NCBI GenBank assembly: GCA_028285525.1
Contig: JANQOZ010000015.1
Location: 51,590 to 115,589, forward strand
Length of the DNA stretch: 64,000 nt
Reading direction: 5' to 3'
From: Lysobacterales bacterium
Lineage (GTDB): Bacteria; Pseudomonadota; Gammaproteobacteria; Xanthomonadales; SZUA-38
Positions 8,117 to 17,287 of this stretch are shown piece by piece. The notes under the pieces were generated by a model, which worked only from the letters and a program-made list of their open reading frames with translations, made no database searches and was not told the origin of the DNA. How positions within the stretch are numbered: position 1 is the first letter of the stretch; the number at the start of each line of letters is the position of its first letter. The translations under genes were made by a program, and so were the position numbers.

Positions 8117-9716
8117 GATTGGCTTTGTTTAGCGCGTCGATAGTCTGCTGGATTCTGTTCGCGCGTGAGGAAAATGGCCACGGCTGATCGGCTTGCCTTT
8201 CCGCGGCATCGTTCATTTCTTTTAAAACGTCCAGGTACTCGAAACCCAAAGCCGGATACGCGCTTAGAGCAAACAGCACGTCAAATGAGCCGCTGAACTC
8301 AGGATCGCGGAGAAGCGAAAAGACCCTCACGAAGAGCTTTCTCGCCATCGGTTCAGGGGGTTTCGTATGCAACATGGCTCTCAGCGCCTCGTAAGCGAGA
8401 TCGAAGTCAGCGGAATTGAGAGCGAGTTGCGTCAGTTCCTGGTCAACGCTCGCCTGGGCGATTCCATCTCTTGAGATCACGTCTGCAGGCCGAAGCCAAC
8501 CCCGTACCCTTAGCTTCGGGCGCGCCTTAAGAATTTCCAATATCGATTGCTCCCAGTGATCAGCGCTGCCGACGGGCCAGCCTTCATTGAGCGCGTGGAC
8601 GGCCAACAAGGCAGCTTCTGGATCAGCGGACTCCGCCAAAGCTTCAACGATTGGTCTGATGCGATAGAACTCACTGGTAGCTCGATCAGTTTCTTCCTGC
8701 CACAGGCCTATGTGAATATTCGGGTCGCGATAAATGTTCGGGTCGCGCGGCAAACCGAGTGGTGGCGGCGGAATCATCGGAACCATATCCGTTGTCCTGT
8801 GCCCGTAAAGCGAGGCCCACCGCTCGAACATGAATAGTGCGAGCTTTTGCACTTCGATGTCTGGGTACTGGAGGGCTGCTTCGAAGAAGTCTATGGCGGT
8901 GGCGCCCGCTGCGTCAGGTCGCATCTCCCGAGCTAGCCTGAGGACTGCGAGAGCTCTTCGAGGCTCTGCGTATTGCAGTTCCTTTATTGCCCAGCCGAGT
9001 CCAGCGATATCCAGCCACGCCTGTCTCGATTCTAAGCTGGGGGTGAGCAGGTCGAATAACTTTTCGGGCAACGTATCCAGGCATGGATGAACATCTCTGC
9101 GTCGTCCCATTTGCCAGATGTTCTCAACCTCGGCCAACGCATCCACGCATGCTTCTCGTGAGGCGAATAGATCTGCCGCTCCGCCCGATGTTGCTACAAA
9201 GAGACGGCCGACTTCGGTGCGACCGGGATCCAGCCTTTCAACCGTCTCCACAACGTACGTGCCACCAGGTTCAATGACAAAGACCATGGGGTTACGACGA
9301 TTGTCGGTGACAACCACCAGGTGTCGATTGCCAGTCGCCAGCTCGACCTGCTCGAATACGCTGATCCTGCCAACCCGGTCAGCTGTCAGCTCCTCCTCGG
9401 ACAGTGAAAGCGGGATTTCGGGTTGCAGGATGTTTCCGTTGATCATCAACTGTCCGACCAAATTGAAGTGCCCTTCGTTGCCGGTCGGTTCCCGGTTTAA
9501 CTCAAGAATGTCGAGGGTGACGTTGCCAAAGAACACCGGAAAGTGAGGCGGCAGACGCCAGCGCAGGGTCCCACCGGGAGAGGCGGAAACTATTGGAGCC
9601 TTGTCAGATCCAACAACTTCAGAGATCGGGGATGGCCCAGAAGCAACAGCCAAAACCGACAGCACGATAGACAGCAACGCTTCCATAGGTAGGTTGAGTG
9701 ATAATTCCGGCGTCAA
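8094..9716 (-). CDS. Hypothetical secreted protein (orphan operon gene A)
   Basis: 540-aa ORF with signal-like MEALLSIVLSVLAVASGPS. It has a beta-rich N-terminal half and a helical (HEAT/ARM-like by eye) C-terminal half. No family motif recognised. Confidence 0.6.
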   Translation of the reverse strand: MTPELSLNLPMEALLSIVLSVLAVASGPSPISEVVGSDKAPIVSASPGGTLRWRLPPHFPVFFGNVTLDILELNREPTGNEGHFNLVGQLMINGNILQPEIPLSLSEEELTADRVGRISVFEQVELATGNRHLVVVTDNRRNPMVFVIEPGGTYVVETVERLDPGRTEVGRLFVATSGGAADLFASREACVDALAEVENIWQMGRRRDVHPCLDTLPEKLFDLLTPSLESRQAWLDIAGLGWAIKELQYAEPRRALAVLRLAREMRPDAAGATAIDFFEAALQYPDIEVQKLALFMFERWASLYGHRTTDMVPMIPPPPLGLPRDPNIYRDPNIHIGLWQEETDRATSEFYRIRPIVEALAESADPEAALLAVHALNEGWPVGSADHWEQSILEILKARPKLRVRGWLRPADVISRDGIAQASVDQELTQLALNSADFDLAYEALRAMLHTKPPEPMARKLFVRVFSLLRDPEFSGSFDVLFALSAYPALGFEYLDVLKEMNDAAERQADQPWPFSSRANRIQQTIDALNKANRERTSTE

Positions 9717-9975
9717 GTTCCCAAACGGACGTAAGGGCGGAGTGGGGCTTCTAGATTTGGAGGATCGCCAAAACCGTTTCTCTACTGTGGAAAAACTGAA
9801 AATCGACGTCAGGCGATGAACTGCCGCGTATTTTCGCGTCGTTCCGGTTGCCGTGGCACCTCAAGATCAGCCCTAATCGTACTGACGCTGACGGCCCCTG
9901 GAATTCCAAACTTACCTGCGGACCTATTCAGCGAATTGAAAACCAGCGATCGGGCTCCTGGCTCGGCCGACAAAG

Positions 9976-10461
9976 GTGAGTCTTATGCGAGTCTCTACTA
10001 AATGGCGCGTACGGCGAATCGCGCTTTGCTTTGTTGGTCCACCTTTTCTTGGAGTGCTGTTTTTCCTGCTGACGCTACTCTTGGAGGGCGAAAAAATCCC
10101 GCTTCTTGAGTTGGTGAGGTTCGTCGTTTTGGGTACCTGGGTTGCTTTCATTTTCGTCTTTATGCAGGCGATGATTTATGCCGGCGTTATGGAGCTTTAC
10201 ATCATCCCGTACGTACGCAGTCGGCTGATGTTTTACTGTCTGAGCGGCATTTTGGGATATCTCGCTGGGTATTCAGTTGAACACTTTCAGTCTTTCAGAT
10301 CGATGACGTTGGTAGGTCTCTTGGTAGGTTTATCACTCGGGCCGGTGATGTTTTGGGCGTCGATAGACGTGAGAGCCATAATTTCTGGGGTCAGAGTAAA
10401 GGGACAGAGTAAACCGACAGCGAATTGCGGCGCGTTCTCACTGGGCTTCGGTCGTCGGTGA
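9976..10461 (+). CDS. Hypothetical 4-TM membrane protein
   Basis: Four hydrophobic segments (ALCFVGPPFLGVLFFLLTLLL, FVVLGTWVAFIFVFMQAMIYAGV, FYCLSGILGYLAGY, LVGLLVGLSLGPVMFW). The likely start is ATG 9985, preceded by AAGGTG. The last 25 codons are encoded by the left REP repeat, so the native C-terminus may have been replaced. Confidence 0.45.
   Translation: MSLMRVSTKWRVRRIALCFVGPPFLGVLFFLLTLLLEGEKIPLLELVRFVVLGTWVAFIFVFMQAMIYAGVMELYIIPYVRSRLMFYCLSGILGYLAGYSVEHFQSFRSMTLVGLLVGLSLGPVMFWASIDVRAIISGVRVKGQSKPTANCGAFSLGFGRR
10387..10413. repeat. REP element, left copy (GGGGTCAGAGTAAAGGGACAGAGTAAA)
   Basis: It is the perfect 27-nt inverted partner of 11156-11182. It contains an internal direct repeat CAGAGTAAA-GGGA-CAGAGTAAA. 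Confidence 0.85.
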
Positions 10462-10501
10462 TTCAGACTGAGTAACCTTAAGGCCGACGTAGGTATTGCT
10501 T

Positions 10502-11146
10502 ATGCCAAGACAACCCCGATTCTGCCCGGCGGGTCTGCCGGTCCATTTGATACAGCGGGGCAACAATCGACAGGTTTTGTTCACGTGCGATTCTGATCTA
10601 GCAGCTTATTCCAATTGGCTGGCGGATGGCGCCGAACGATTTGGCGTTTCGGTTCACGGCTGGGTTTTTATGACAAACCATGTGCACCTGCTGGCGACGC
10701 CTGACGAAGAAGACAGCCTCTCGAGATTGATGCAGTTTCTTGGACGCCTGTATGTGCGCCACTTCAATTACACCTACCAACGCAGTGGTACGCTGTTCGA
10801 AGGACGATTCAAATCTTGTGTTGTACAGGACGATCAATACCTTCTGAGCTGTCTTCGCTATATTGAGCTGAATCCGGTACGAGCAGGGATGGTTTCCGGC
10901 CCTGGTGACTATCTGTGGTCAAGCTTCGGCGCTCATGCTTTTGGCGTGCGACCGCGGATGTGGTCTCCCCACGATCTCTACTTGCAACTAGGATTAGATG
11001 AAAAGCAACGTGCGGGGGCTTGGCGGGCGTTGGTCCGCGATGCCCTGGACGCTGAGGTGCTGGCTAAGATCCGCCGTTGCGCTAACACCGGGTTGGTTTT
11101 GGGTACCGAGGCATTCCGACGACAGGTGGACAGGCTCAGAGAGTAA
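10502..11146 (+). CDS. REP-associated tyrosine transposase (RAYT; IS200/IS605 Y1 transposase superfamily)
   Basis: Sequence MPRQPRFCPAGLPVHLIQRGNNRQVLF... It has the HUH motif in TNHVHLLATP and the Tyr-helix region LRYIELNPVRAGMV, both typical of RAYT/COG1943 proteins. The ORF track starts at TTG 10496; ATG 10502 is more likely. Confidence 0.85.
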   Translation: MPRQPRFCPAGLPVHLIQRGNNRQVLFTCDSDLAAYSNWLADGAERFGVSVHGWVFMTNHVHLLATPDEEDSLSRLMQFLGRLYVRHFNYTYQRSGTLFEGRFKSCVVQDDQYLLSCLRYIELNPVRAGMVSGPGDYLWSSFGAHAFGVRPRMWSPHDLYLQLGLDEKQRAGAWRALVRDALDAEVLAKIRRCANTGLVLGTEAFRRQVDRLRE

Positions 11147-11155
11147 GCCGCTCTG

Positions 11156-11182
11156 TTTACTCTGTCCCTTTACTCTGACCCC
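11156..11182. repeat. REP element, right copy (TTTACTCTGTCCCTTTACTCTGACCCC)
   Basis: Perfect reverse complement of 10387-10413. Confidence 0.85.
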
Positions 11183-11205
11183 AGGAATTCTGACCCCAGG
11201 AATTC
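11176..11205. repeat. 15-bp perfect tandem duplication (TGACCCCAGGAATTC x2) at the outer end of the right REP
   Basis: 11176-11190 is identical to 11191-11205. Each unit holds the last 7 nt of the REP plus 8 nt of flank. Confidence 0.9.
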
Positions 11206-11323
11206 CGAGAGCTGGACAGCGAAGCCAGAGACTCAGCGGGCATACCGGAGCAGCCCCCGCGCTAAAGGTTTACCGCTCCCGGCCGTTAGGAGACGCAGCG
11301 TAGCAATGCGATGACGATCCGCC

Positions 11324-14300
11324 GTGAAACTCCACGCCCTTCTTCTAGCAGCCCTGGCCGCCGCCCTGGTAACCCCTCCGGCTGCCGGCAACACCTTGCC
11401 GCTCCTGGCCGATTCACCGTTTCGGATTTACTCGGTCGCCGAGGGGCTGAACCAGAAGACGGTTCATGCGGTCGTTCAGGACAACGACGGCTTCCTGTGG
11501 ATCGCGACGTTTGGTGGTCTTAACCGCTTCGACGGCCGCACCTTTGAGAGCCTTACGGCCCGCGAGGGGCTGCGCCAGAACCTGATTCAGGCGCTGCGTG
11601 TCGACGCCCAAAACCGGCTCTGGGCTGGCGACGCCGGCGGCGGCCTGACCCTGATTGAGAACGGCAAGGTTGTGCGCACGTTTGAGCCCGACGAAGCATC
11701 GCGTGGCGTGGTCCGGGCGATCATCGACGTCGGGGATACCCTGTACATCGGCTCGCAGCCGGGCGGAATCCGAACCTTGTCCCTGAACGACATGGATAGC
11801 GGGTTTCAGCATCTTGAGAACGCCCCAGACGAGATCTACACCATGGACCTCGCCGGCGACGACACGCTGTACTTGATCAGCCCAACCGGCCTTCAGCGGC
11901 TCACGGTGGAGGGCGGTGCAGTGTTCGAGGACGTCGGCAATAACCTGACGGCCGTTGCTACGGACCGGCAGGGTCGCGTCGCGGTCGGCGACGCCAACGG
12001 TCGTATCGGCTGGCTACGGGGCGATCGCATCGAATGGCTCGACGTCAACTATGAGGATCGGATCTCTGGGCTGGTCCTCGATCGAGGAACGCTGAAATGG
12101 GTCTTTCTCGAGGAGCTCGGTATGTTCCGATTCGGCGATAAGGACCCATCAGAGTTGGGCCTCGCCATCGCCGGCACCGCACAACCGCTGCGGGACCAGG
12201 AAGGCTTGTTCTGGGTCCCAACGCGAAGCGGACTGGCTCGTTACCTCGGTCCGCGTTTCGAACACTACTCGCTGGAGTTGGAAGGCAGAAGTCCGGAGGT
12301 GTTCGCTGTCCGCCCCGGAGTTGGCGACGATTACTGGTTTGGCACCAACTTAGGCCTTTTGTATCTGGACGGCGACGGCAAGTTGATCAACGTCTCTGAC
12401 GAGCTGGGTATCGATCGTCGCGAGGTGCGTGACATCAGAATCACGCGCGATGGCAGTACGTTGTGGTTTGGCCAGGTTCAGGGCGCCGTTCACGGCATCG
12501 ACCCCGTCACTCGAACCTTGCAAAAAACGTTAGCCGATGACACGTCCTTGACCGTTGGGCTGACGCTGGATCACCGCGACCGGCTATGGATCGGCTCATT
12601 CCTGGGCACGCTGACAATGCATGACCCGGAAACCGAAGAGACACGAACGTACACGATTGGCAACAGCGCGAGCGTGTATTCGCTGGACATGGCCGACGAC
12701 AGCTACCTCTGGTTCAGCGCCAATTTTGCGGGCGTTTTTCGCATCGACACGGACGATCCGGACGCCGAGCCGGAGCGGATGGCGGCCGAGGAGCAATTGC
12801 AGCAGGAGTACTACACGCACGTCGTCGCCACCGGCAGCGGCGAAGGCACGGATGTCTGGTTTTCTGGCATCAAAGGCAGCGTGTTCCGGCTACGCGACGG
12901 TGAGCTCAGCAGTGTATTTACGGAGTCGGCCCTGTCCAATGTGACGATGTATTCGATTCAGCCGCTGCCGGACAACAACCTCGTGGTCGCGACGAGTCGC
13001 GGCGCTTACCGCTATGCGCTCGACACCGATACGCTGGAGCGTTACGGCGCGCTGGACGGCTTCGTCGCGCTGGAATCCAAAGTACACGCGATGTACTACG
13101 ACGGCGGCGACGATCTTCTGATCGGGACGAGCAGCGGCCTCACGGTGATGGATCTGACCATACCCTTCGACGGCGTCACGGCACCGGCAGTGCAGATCAC
13201 CGCCCGCAGGGTCGATGGCCTCACGATCAACGGCTCCTCGTTGTTGGACGCCCTCGACTTCGATGAGGTTGTGATCGACTTCACCGCGGTATCGACGCGC
13301 AAGCCCGATGGTATTGAGTACAGCTATCAGCTTGCGGGCCATGACACAGCTTGGAGCGATGCGGCCAAGACCACGTCGATCTCGTACTCCAATCTGCCGC
13401 CCGGCGAATTTACCTTCGGTGTTCGGGCACGCCTTCCCGGCGGTGCATGGAGCTCAGCTGCCAGCTGGCAGTTCACGGTTCCAACGCCGCTGTGGCGCAC
13501 ACCGTGGTTCATCACGGCGGCCGTTCTCGCCACGCTGGCACTGGTCTGGTCAGCCGTCCAGCTGCGGCTCCGCTCGATTGCAAACGCCAACCTCCGGCTC
13601 CGGCAGGAAGTCGCGGAGCGGACCCAATCCATTGAGGCAGGCCGCCGCGAACTCGAGCTGATCAATGAGCAGCTCAGCAGTGAAATCTTAGAGCGAAAGA
13701 AATCCGACGCGCTGCGCGCCGAGGTAGAGGCGCGCTTTCATCAGGCCTACCAGAACTCGCCCATCGGTATGGCGCTGGTCGACACTGACGGCCTGGTTTA
13801 TGACGCGAATCCGCGGATGAAGGCGCTGTTTTGGCCTGAGTCGGACCGCGAAAAGCGCGAGCCGCTGCTCACCGTCGTCAGCGATGAGGATCGCGCCGAA
13901 TTTTCCGATTTTCTTGCGGACTACGCGGCCGACAGGGCGGAAGTGGCCAGTATGGAAGCGGGTTGTCTGGCCCACGACGGCGCGATCCGACGCATCGACT
14001 TCCACCCGTCGGCCGTCCGAAATCAGGACGGCGAATTGCGATACATCGTACTACTCGCGCACGACGTTACCGAGAATCGGGCGATGACCGATCAGCTTGC
14101 GTATCAGGCCCGCTTTGATGAGCTGACGGGGCTCGTCAATCGGCGCGCATTCGCCGAACGCCTGTCAGCGGTGAGCGAGGAAGACAAAGCGAGCGCCTAT
14201 TTGATGTTCCTCGATCTTGATCAGTTCAAGGTCGTCAACGATACGTGCGGGCACTCCGCCGGTGATGAGTTGCTGTGCATGGTCGCCGACGCGCTGCGTG

Positions 14301-15421
14301 CCTGTGTGCGCAAGGCCGACACGGTCGCACGGCTCGGCGGCGACGAATTCGCCATGATCATCGTCGGTTGTTCCGAAGACACTGCGCTGAAGCGGGCCGA
14401 GACCGTCCGGCAGCGCATTCAGGACCTGAAGTTTTTCTGGGAGAACGACGTATTCCGGGTCGGCGCGAGTATCGGCGTCGTGCCGATCGGCGCCGGATCG
14501 CGGGATCTCAATGAGCTACAGCAGTTGGCCGACGCCGCCTGTTACGCCGCTAAAGACGCTGGCCGCAATCGCGTGCACATGGTCACCGGTGCTGAGGATG
14601 AAGTGCATGCGCATCGCGGCGAGATGCGCTGGGTGCAGCGACTCAACCATGCCATTGACAACGAGAACTTCGAGCTGTTCGGCCAGCGCATACTGCCCCT
14701 GGCCGATCACAGCCAGTCAATCGAGCGGATCGAGATTCTGCTGCGCATGCGTGACCCGGTCACCCATCGGCTGATTCCGCCGGGCGCGTTTCTGCCTGCC
14801 GCTGAACGTTACGGTCTGCATGGGCGACTGGACCAATGGGTGGTTGGTCGAGTTATCGATTCGATGGTGGAGCAGCTCACCAGTGAGGTCGAGAACCGCG
14901 AGTTCTGGGTCAACCTCTCTGGCGCGAGTGTCGGCGACCCGACAGTATCGCGCGAACTGATTCGTATGGTCGAAGCGGCAGACTTGCCGCGCGGCAGCCT
15001 GAACTTTGAGATCACCGAAACCGCCGTAATCCGGAAGATCGGCGAGGCCAAGCAGCTCATCGCCGCGCTGCAGGAGATGGGTTGTCGGTTCGCACTGGAT
15101 GACTTTGGCAGTGGGCTGTCGTCCTTCAGCCACCTGAGGCAGCTAAGCGTCGACTGCCTCAAGGTCGACGGTCAGTTCATTCGCGATATCGGCAAAAACC
15201 CAACCGATCGCATCTTTGTAAAATCGATTATCGACATTGCGCACACGCTCGACATGAGCGTGACCACAGAGTTTGTCGAGGACGATGACATCTTAGGAAT
15301 CGTGCAATCGCTGGGCAGCGACTACGCGCAGGGCTTCGGTATTCACCGGCCGGAACCGCTTAGCGCGCTGGTCTCGACAACGACGGAGGTGCGGGTCAGC
15401 GGGTTGAATCAGTCGGCCTGA
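11324..15421 (+). CDS. Periplasmic two-component-regulator-propeller / Y_Y_Y sensor fused to PAS-GGDEF-EAL (c-di-GMP turnover protein)
   Basis: 1365 aa with signal peptide MKLHALLLAALAAALVTPPAAG. The N-terminus has a long beta-propeller repeat region and a Y_Y_Y-like segment (FTFGVRARLPGGAWSSAASWQFTVPTPLW). Then come a TM helix, a coiled coil and a PAS domain. The GGDEF site is RLGGDEFAMII. The EAL domain has EILLRM...FEITE...DDFGSG. Confidence 0.9.
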   Translation: MKLHALLLAALAAALVTPPAAGNTLPLLADSPFRIYSVAEGLNQKTVHAVVQDNDGFLWIATFGGLNRFDGRTFESLTAREGLRQNLIQALRVDAQNRLWAGDAGGGLTLIENGKVVRTFEPDEASRGVVRAIIDVGDTLYIGSQPGGIRTLSLNDMDSGFQHLENAPDEIYTMDLAGDDTLYLISPTGLQRLTVEGGAVFEDVGNNLTAVATDRQGRVAVGDANGRIGWLRGDRIEWLDVNYEDRISGLVLDRGTLKWVFLEELGMFRFGDKDPSELGLAIAGTAQPLRDQEGLFWVPTRSGLARYLGPRFEHYSLELEGRSPEVFAVRPGVGDDYWFGTNLGLLYLDGDGKLINVSDELGIDRREVRDIRITRDGSTLWFGQVQGAVHGIDPVTRTLQKTLADDTSLTVGLTLDHRDRLWIGSFLGTLTMHDPETEETRTYTIGNSASVYSLDMADDSYLWFSANFAGVFRIDTDDPDAEPERMAAEEQLQQEYYTHVVATGSGEGTDVWFSGIKGSVFRLRDGELSSVFTESALSNVTMYSIQPLPDNNLVVATSRGAYRYALDTDTLERYGALDGFVALESKVHAMYYDGGDDLLIGTSSGLTVMDLTIPFDGVTAPAVQITARRVDGLTINGSSLLDALDFDEVVIDFTAVSTRKPDGIEYSYQLAGHDTAWSDAAKTTSISYSNLPPGEFTFGVRARLPGGAWSSAASWQFTVPTPLWRTPWFITAAVLATLALVWSAVQLRLRSIANANLRLRQEVAERTQSIEAGRRELELINEQLSSEILERKKSDALRAEVEARFHQAYQNSPIGMALVDTDGLVYDANPRMKALFWPESDREKREPLLTVVSDEDRAEFSDFLADYAADRAEVASMEAGCLAHDGAIRRIDFHPSAVRNQDGELRYIVLLAHDVTENRAMTDQLAYQARFDELTGLVNRRAFAERLSAVSEEDKASAYLMFLDLDQFKVVNDTCGHSAGDELLCMVADALRACVRKADTVARLGGDEFAMIIVGCSEDTALKRAETVRQRIQDLKFFWENDVFRVGASIGVVPIGAGSRDLNELQQLADAACYAAKDAGRNRVHMVTGAEDEVHAHRGEMRWVQRLNHAIDNENFELFGQRILPLADHSQSIERIEILLRMRDPVTHRLIPPGAFLPAAERYGLHGRLDQWVVGRVIDSMVEQLTSEVENREFWVNLSGASVGDPTVSRELIRMVEAADLPRGSLNFEITETAVIRKIGEAKQLIAALQEMGCRFALDDFGSGLSSFSHLRQLSVDCLKVDGQFIRDIGKNPTDRIFVKSIIDIAHTLDMSVTTEFVEDDDILGIVQSLGSDYAQGFGIHRPEPLSALVSTTTEVRVSGLNQSA

Positions 15422-15471
15422 ATGAGCTGTCACCCATGAAAATCGGCGTCAGTTCTTGCAACGCTGCGTCT

Positions 15472-16692
15472 TTACGCCTTTTCTCCCTCTCGTTTTCTCA
15501 AGTGGCGAGAAGCCAAGCTCATCGCACCGACAGCCACGAGGCAGTATCCGCCTAACCAGTTCATTTGCCGGGGCAGATCGACGCCCCAATCGATCAGCGT
15601 ACCCGTGATGCCCGGTCCAGCAGCCGTTGCCAGCACCATGGCAGACACAATGACGGAGCGGATAGCGCCGAGATTCAGCACGCCATAGATCTCGGGCCAC
15701 AACGCGCCAAGGAGCGTGGATGAAACGCCATAGCTGATGCCGAGCAAAACCATCACCACAAACAGCGACCAGGCCGGGCCGCTGAGCGCCATGGCAAAGC
15801 AGGCGCAGGCCAGGGGCAGCAGGTAGAGCGGAAGGACACGCACCGCACCGATGCGATCGATTACTCCGCCCGTCACGAGCGCCATGCAAACCGTCGTGAT
15901 GGCCATGGGTATCAGTGCGCTCGGAAAGAGCTGGGGCGCCCAGCCGTTCAGGGTTGCGAGATAGTCCTGGTGGTAAAAGATTGTAGTGCCGATAAACGGC
16001 GGGGCCAGCACGCCGATCAACAGCACCCAGAATATCGGGTCACCTAAAACCTCGGCCCGCGTCCAGTTGCGGCCGACGAATCGTGGTTGGGGGTCGTCAG
16101 CGTGCTCATCGCCTGGTGCACGTGGCTTCCGGTAGGCCCAGGTTGCGAGCGGCAGGGCCACCAGCGAAAGAATGCCTGCCGCGGCCAGCCAACCAGCGCG
16201 ATAGCCGAACGCCAGAGACAGGCTCGCAAACGACAACGGCAGGGTGGCTTCGCCCGCCTGGTGGCCCAGCACCACCAGCGAGACGGCGCGTCCCCGGCTG
16301 GCGGAAAACCATCGTCCGGTAGCGGTCAGCGCGATATGGGTCATCATGCCCTGGCCGAGCAGGCGAAGTAGAAAAATGCCTACCGACAGCATCACCACCG
16401 AGTTCGCGAAGCCCGCCAGCACCGCTGCCCCGGCTAAGGAAATGACCACAAGGGCGACCAGCCGGTGCGTCGGCATCACGTCGACAAGGCGACCCACAAA
16501 CGGTAAACAGCAGGCGCTGGCCAGGGTCGCGAGCATGTACAGGCGACCGAACTGACCTTGGCTTAGGGCAAAGGCCTCCTGCCACTCCGCGACCGAAGCC
16601 GAAACAAAGTAGGTTTGCCCGAAGCTTGAGAATGCAGTGAGGAGGAAGCCACCCGCCAGCCAGCGGAAATTACGCTTTGCGAACGCGAGCAT
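15472..16692 (-). CDS. MFS transporter
   Basis: 406 aa with about 12 hydrophobic segments and the typical MFS loop GRLVDVMPTHR. No substrate can be inferred. Confidence 0.8.
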   Translation of the reverse strand: MLAFAKRNFRWLAGGFLLTAFSSFGQTYFVSASVAEWQEAFALSQGQFGRLYMLATLASACCLPFVGRLVDVMPTHRLVALVVISLAGAAVLAGFANSVVMLSVGIFLLRLLGQGMMTHIALTATGRWFSASRGRAVSLVVLGHQAGEATLPLSFASLSLAFGYRAGWLAAAGILSLVALPLATWAYRKPRAPGDEHADDPQPRFVGRNWTRAEVLGDPIFWVLLIGVLAPPFIGTTIFYHQDYLATLNGWAPQLFPSALIPMAITTVCMALVTGGVIDRIGAVRVLPLYLLPLACACFAMALSGPAWSLFVVMVLLGISYGVSSTLLGALWPEIYGVLNLGAIRSVIVSAMVLATAAGPGITGTLIDWGVDLPRQMNWLGGYCLVAVGAMSLASRHLRKREGEKA

Positions 16693-16786
16693 GGCGCGAT
16701 TTTACATGAAGGAGGGGGGCTGACTGCGGACAAAAACCGAGATGATGACGCCTCAAGACCGCCGGTTCGTCACCCGGCGCCGGCTA

Positions 16787-17167
16787 TCAACTACGCCGGA
16801 GCCCGTATTGATCAAGCCGCCAGCGGAGCGTATCCACTCGATCCTGCCCAAAAAACGGTTCACCCCTAACAACCATCGTCGAGACGCCCCAATGTCCGGC
16901 CGCATCCAGCCCAGTGTGGTTGCGCTCGATTTCGTCGAGGTGGTCTCCATGCTCAATCGCGCGCTCCATGGCGTCGAGGTCAAGGCCTGCTGCCGAGCTT
17001 GCTTGATGCATGAGATCGCCCTGATCCCAGTCTTTTGTTCCGCTGAAAATCAGGTGAGAGATTTCCTTGGCAAACGCCAGTCCCTTGCCTTGTCTTTGGG
17101 CCTCCACGCCGAGCTTCGCCAAACGCATGATGAGCGGCTGTTCCGCCGCTACTTCGGTGCGGCCCAT
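16787..17167 (-). pseudogene. DsbA-family / 2-hydroxychromene-2-carboxylate-isomerase-like gene, C-terminal two-thirds only (probable 5'-truncated remnant)
   Basis: The 126-aa ORF ends ...GLDLDAMERAIEHGDHLDEIERNHTGLDAAGHWGVSTMVVRGEPFFGQDRVDTLRWRL, which matches the C-terminal GVP(T)xxVxGExFWGxDRL signature of the family. In frame upstream there is a TAG at 17252-17254 and no other start codon. The N-terminal thioredoxin beta-alpha-beta is therefore missing. It may still be expressed as a short protein. Confidence 0.45.
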
Positions 17168-17287
17168 GAAATCTCTGTCCCCTGGGCATGCCCCTCGATC
17201 CCAGCTTCGGGCGCCATTGGTGTTGGTTGGCTTTATACTCCCCGGTTGCTGCTAGAGCATTCCGGGTATCGCTAAAAGAGGTCTGAT

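Larger units (their letters stand above)
10380..11205 (+). mobile_element. RAYT cassette: REP-associated tyrosine transposase gene bracketed by 34-bp inverted REP repeats
   Basis: The left repeat 10380-10413 (AATTTCTGGGGTCAGAGTAAAGGGACAGAGTAAA) is the reverse complement of the right repeat 11156-11189. The inner 27 nt match perfectly and the outer 7 nt have one mismatch. A 15-bp tandem duplication at 11176-11205 is included. Confidence 0.8.

Noticed and set aside
16742-17275. 177-aa plus-strand ORF overlapping the DsbA-like remnant.
   Set aside because: It has no motif support. The opposite strand carries the family-typical FFGQDRVDTL signature, and the plus ORF spans the compositional boundary. 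It is judged spurious.
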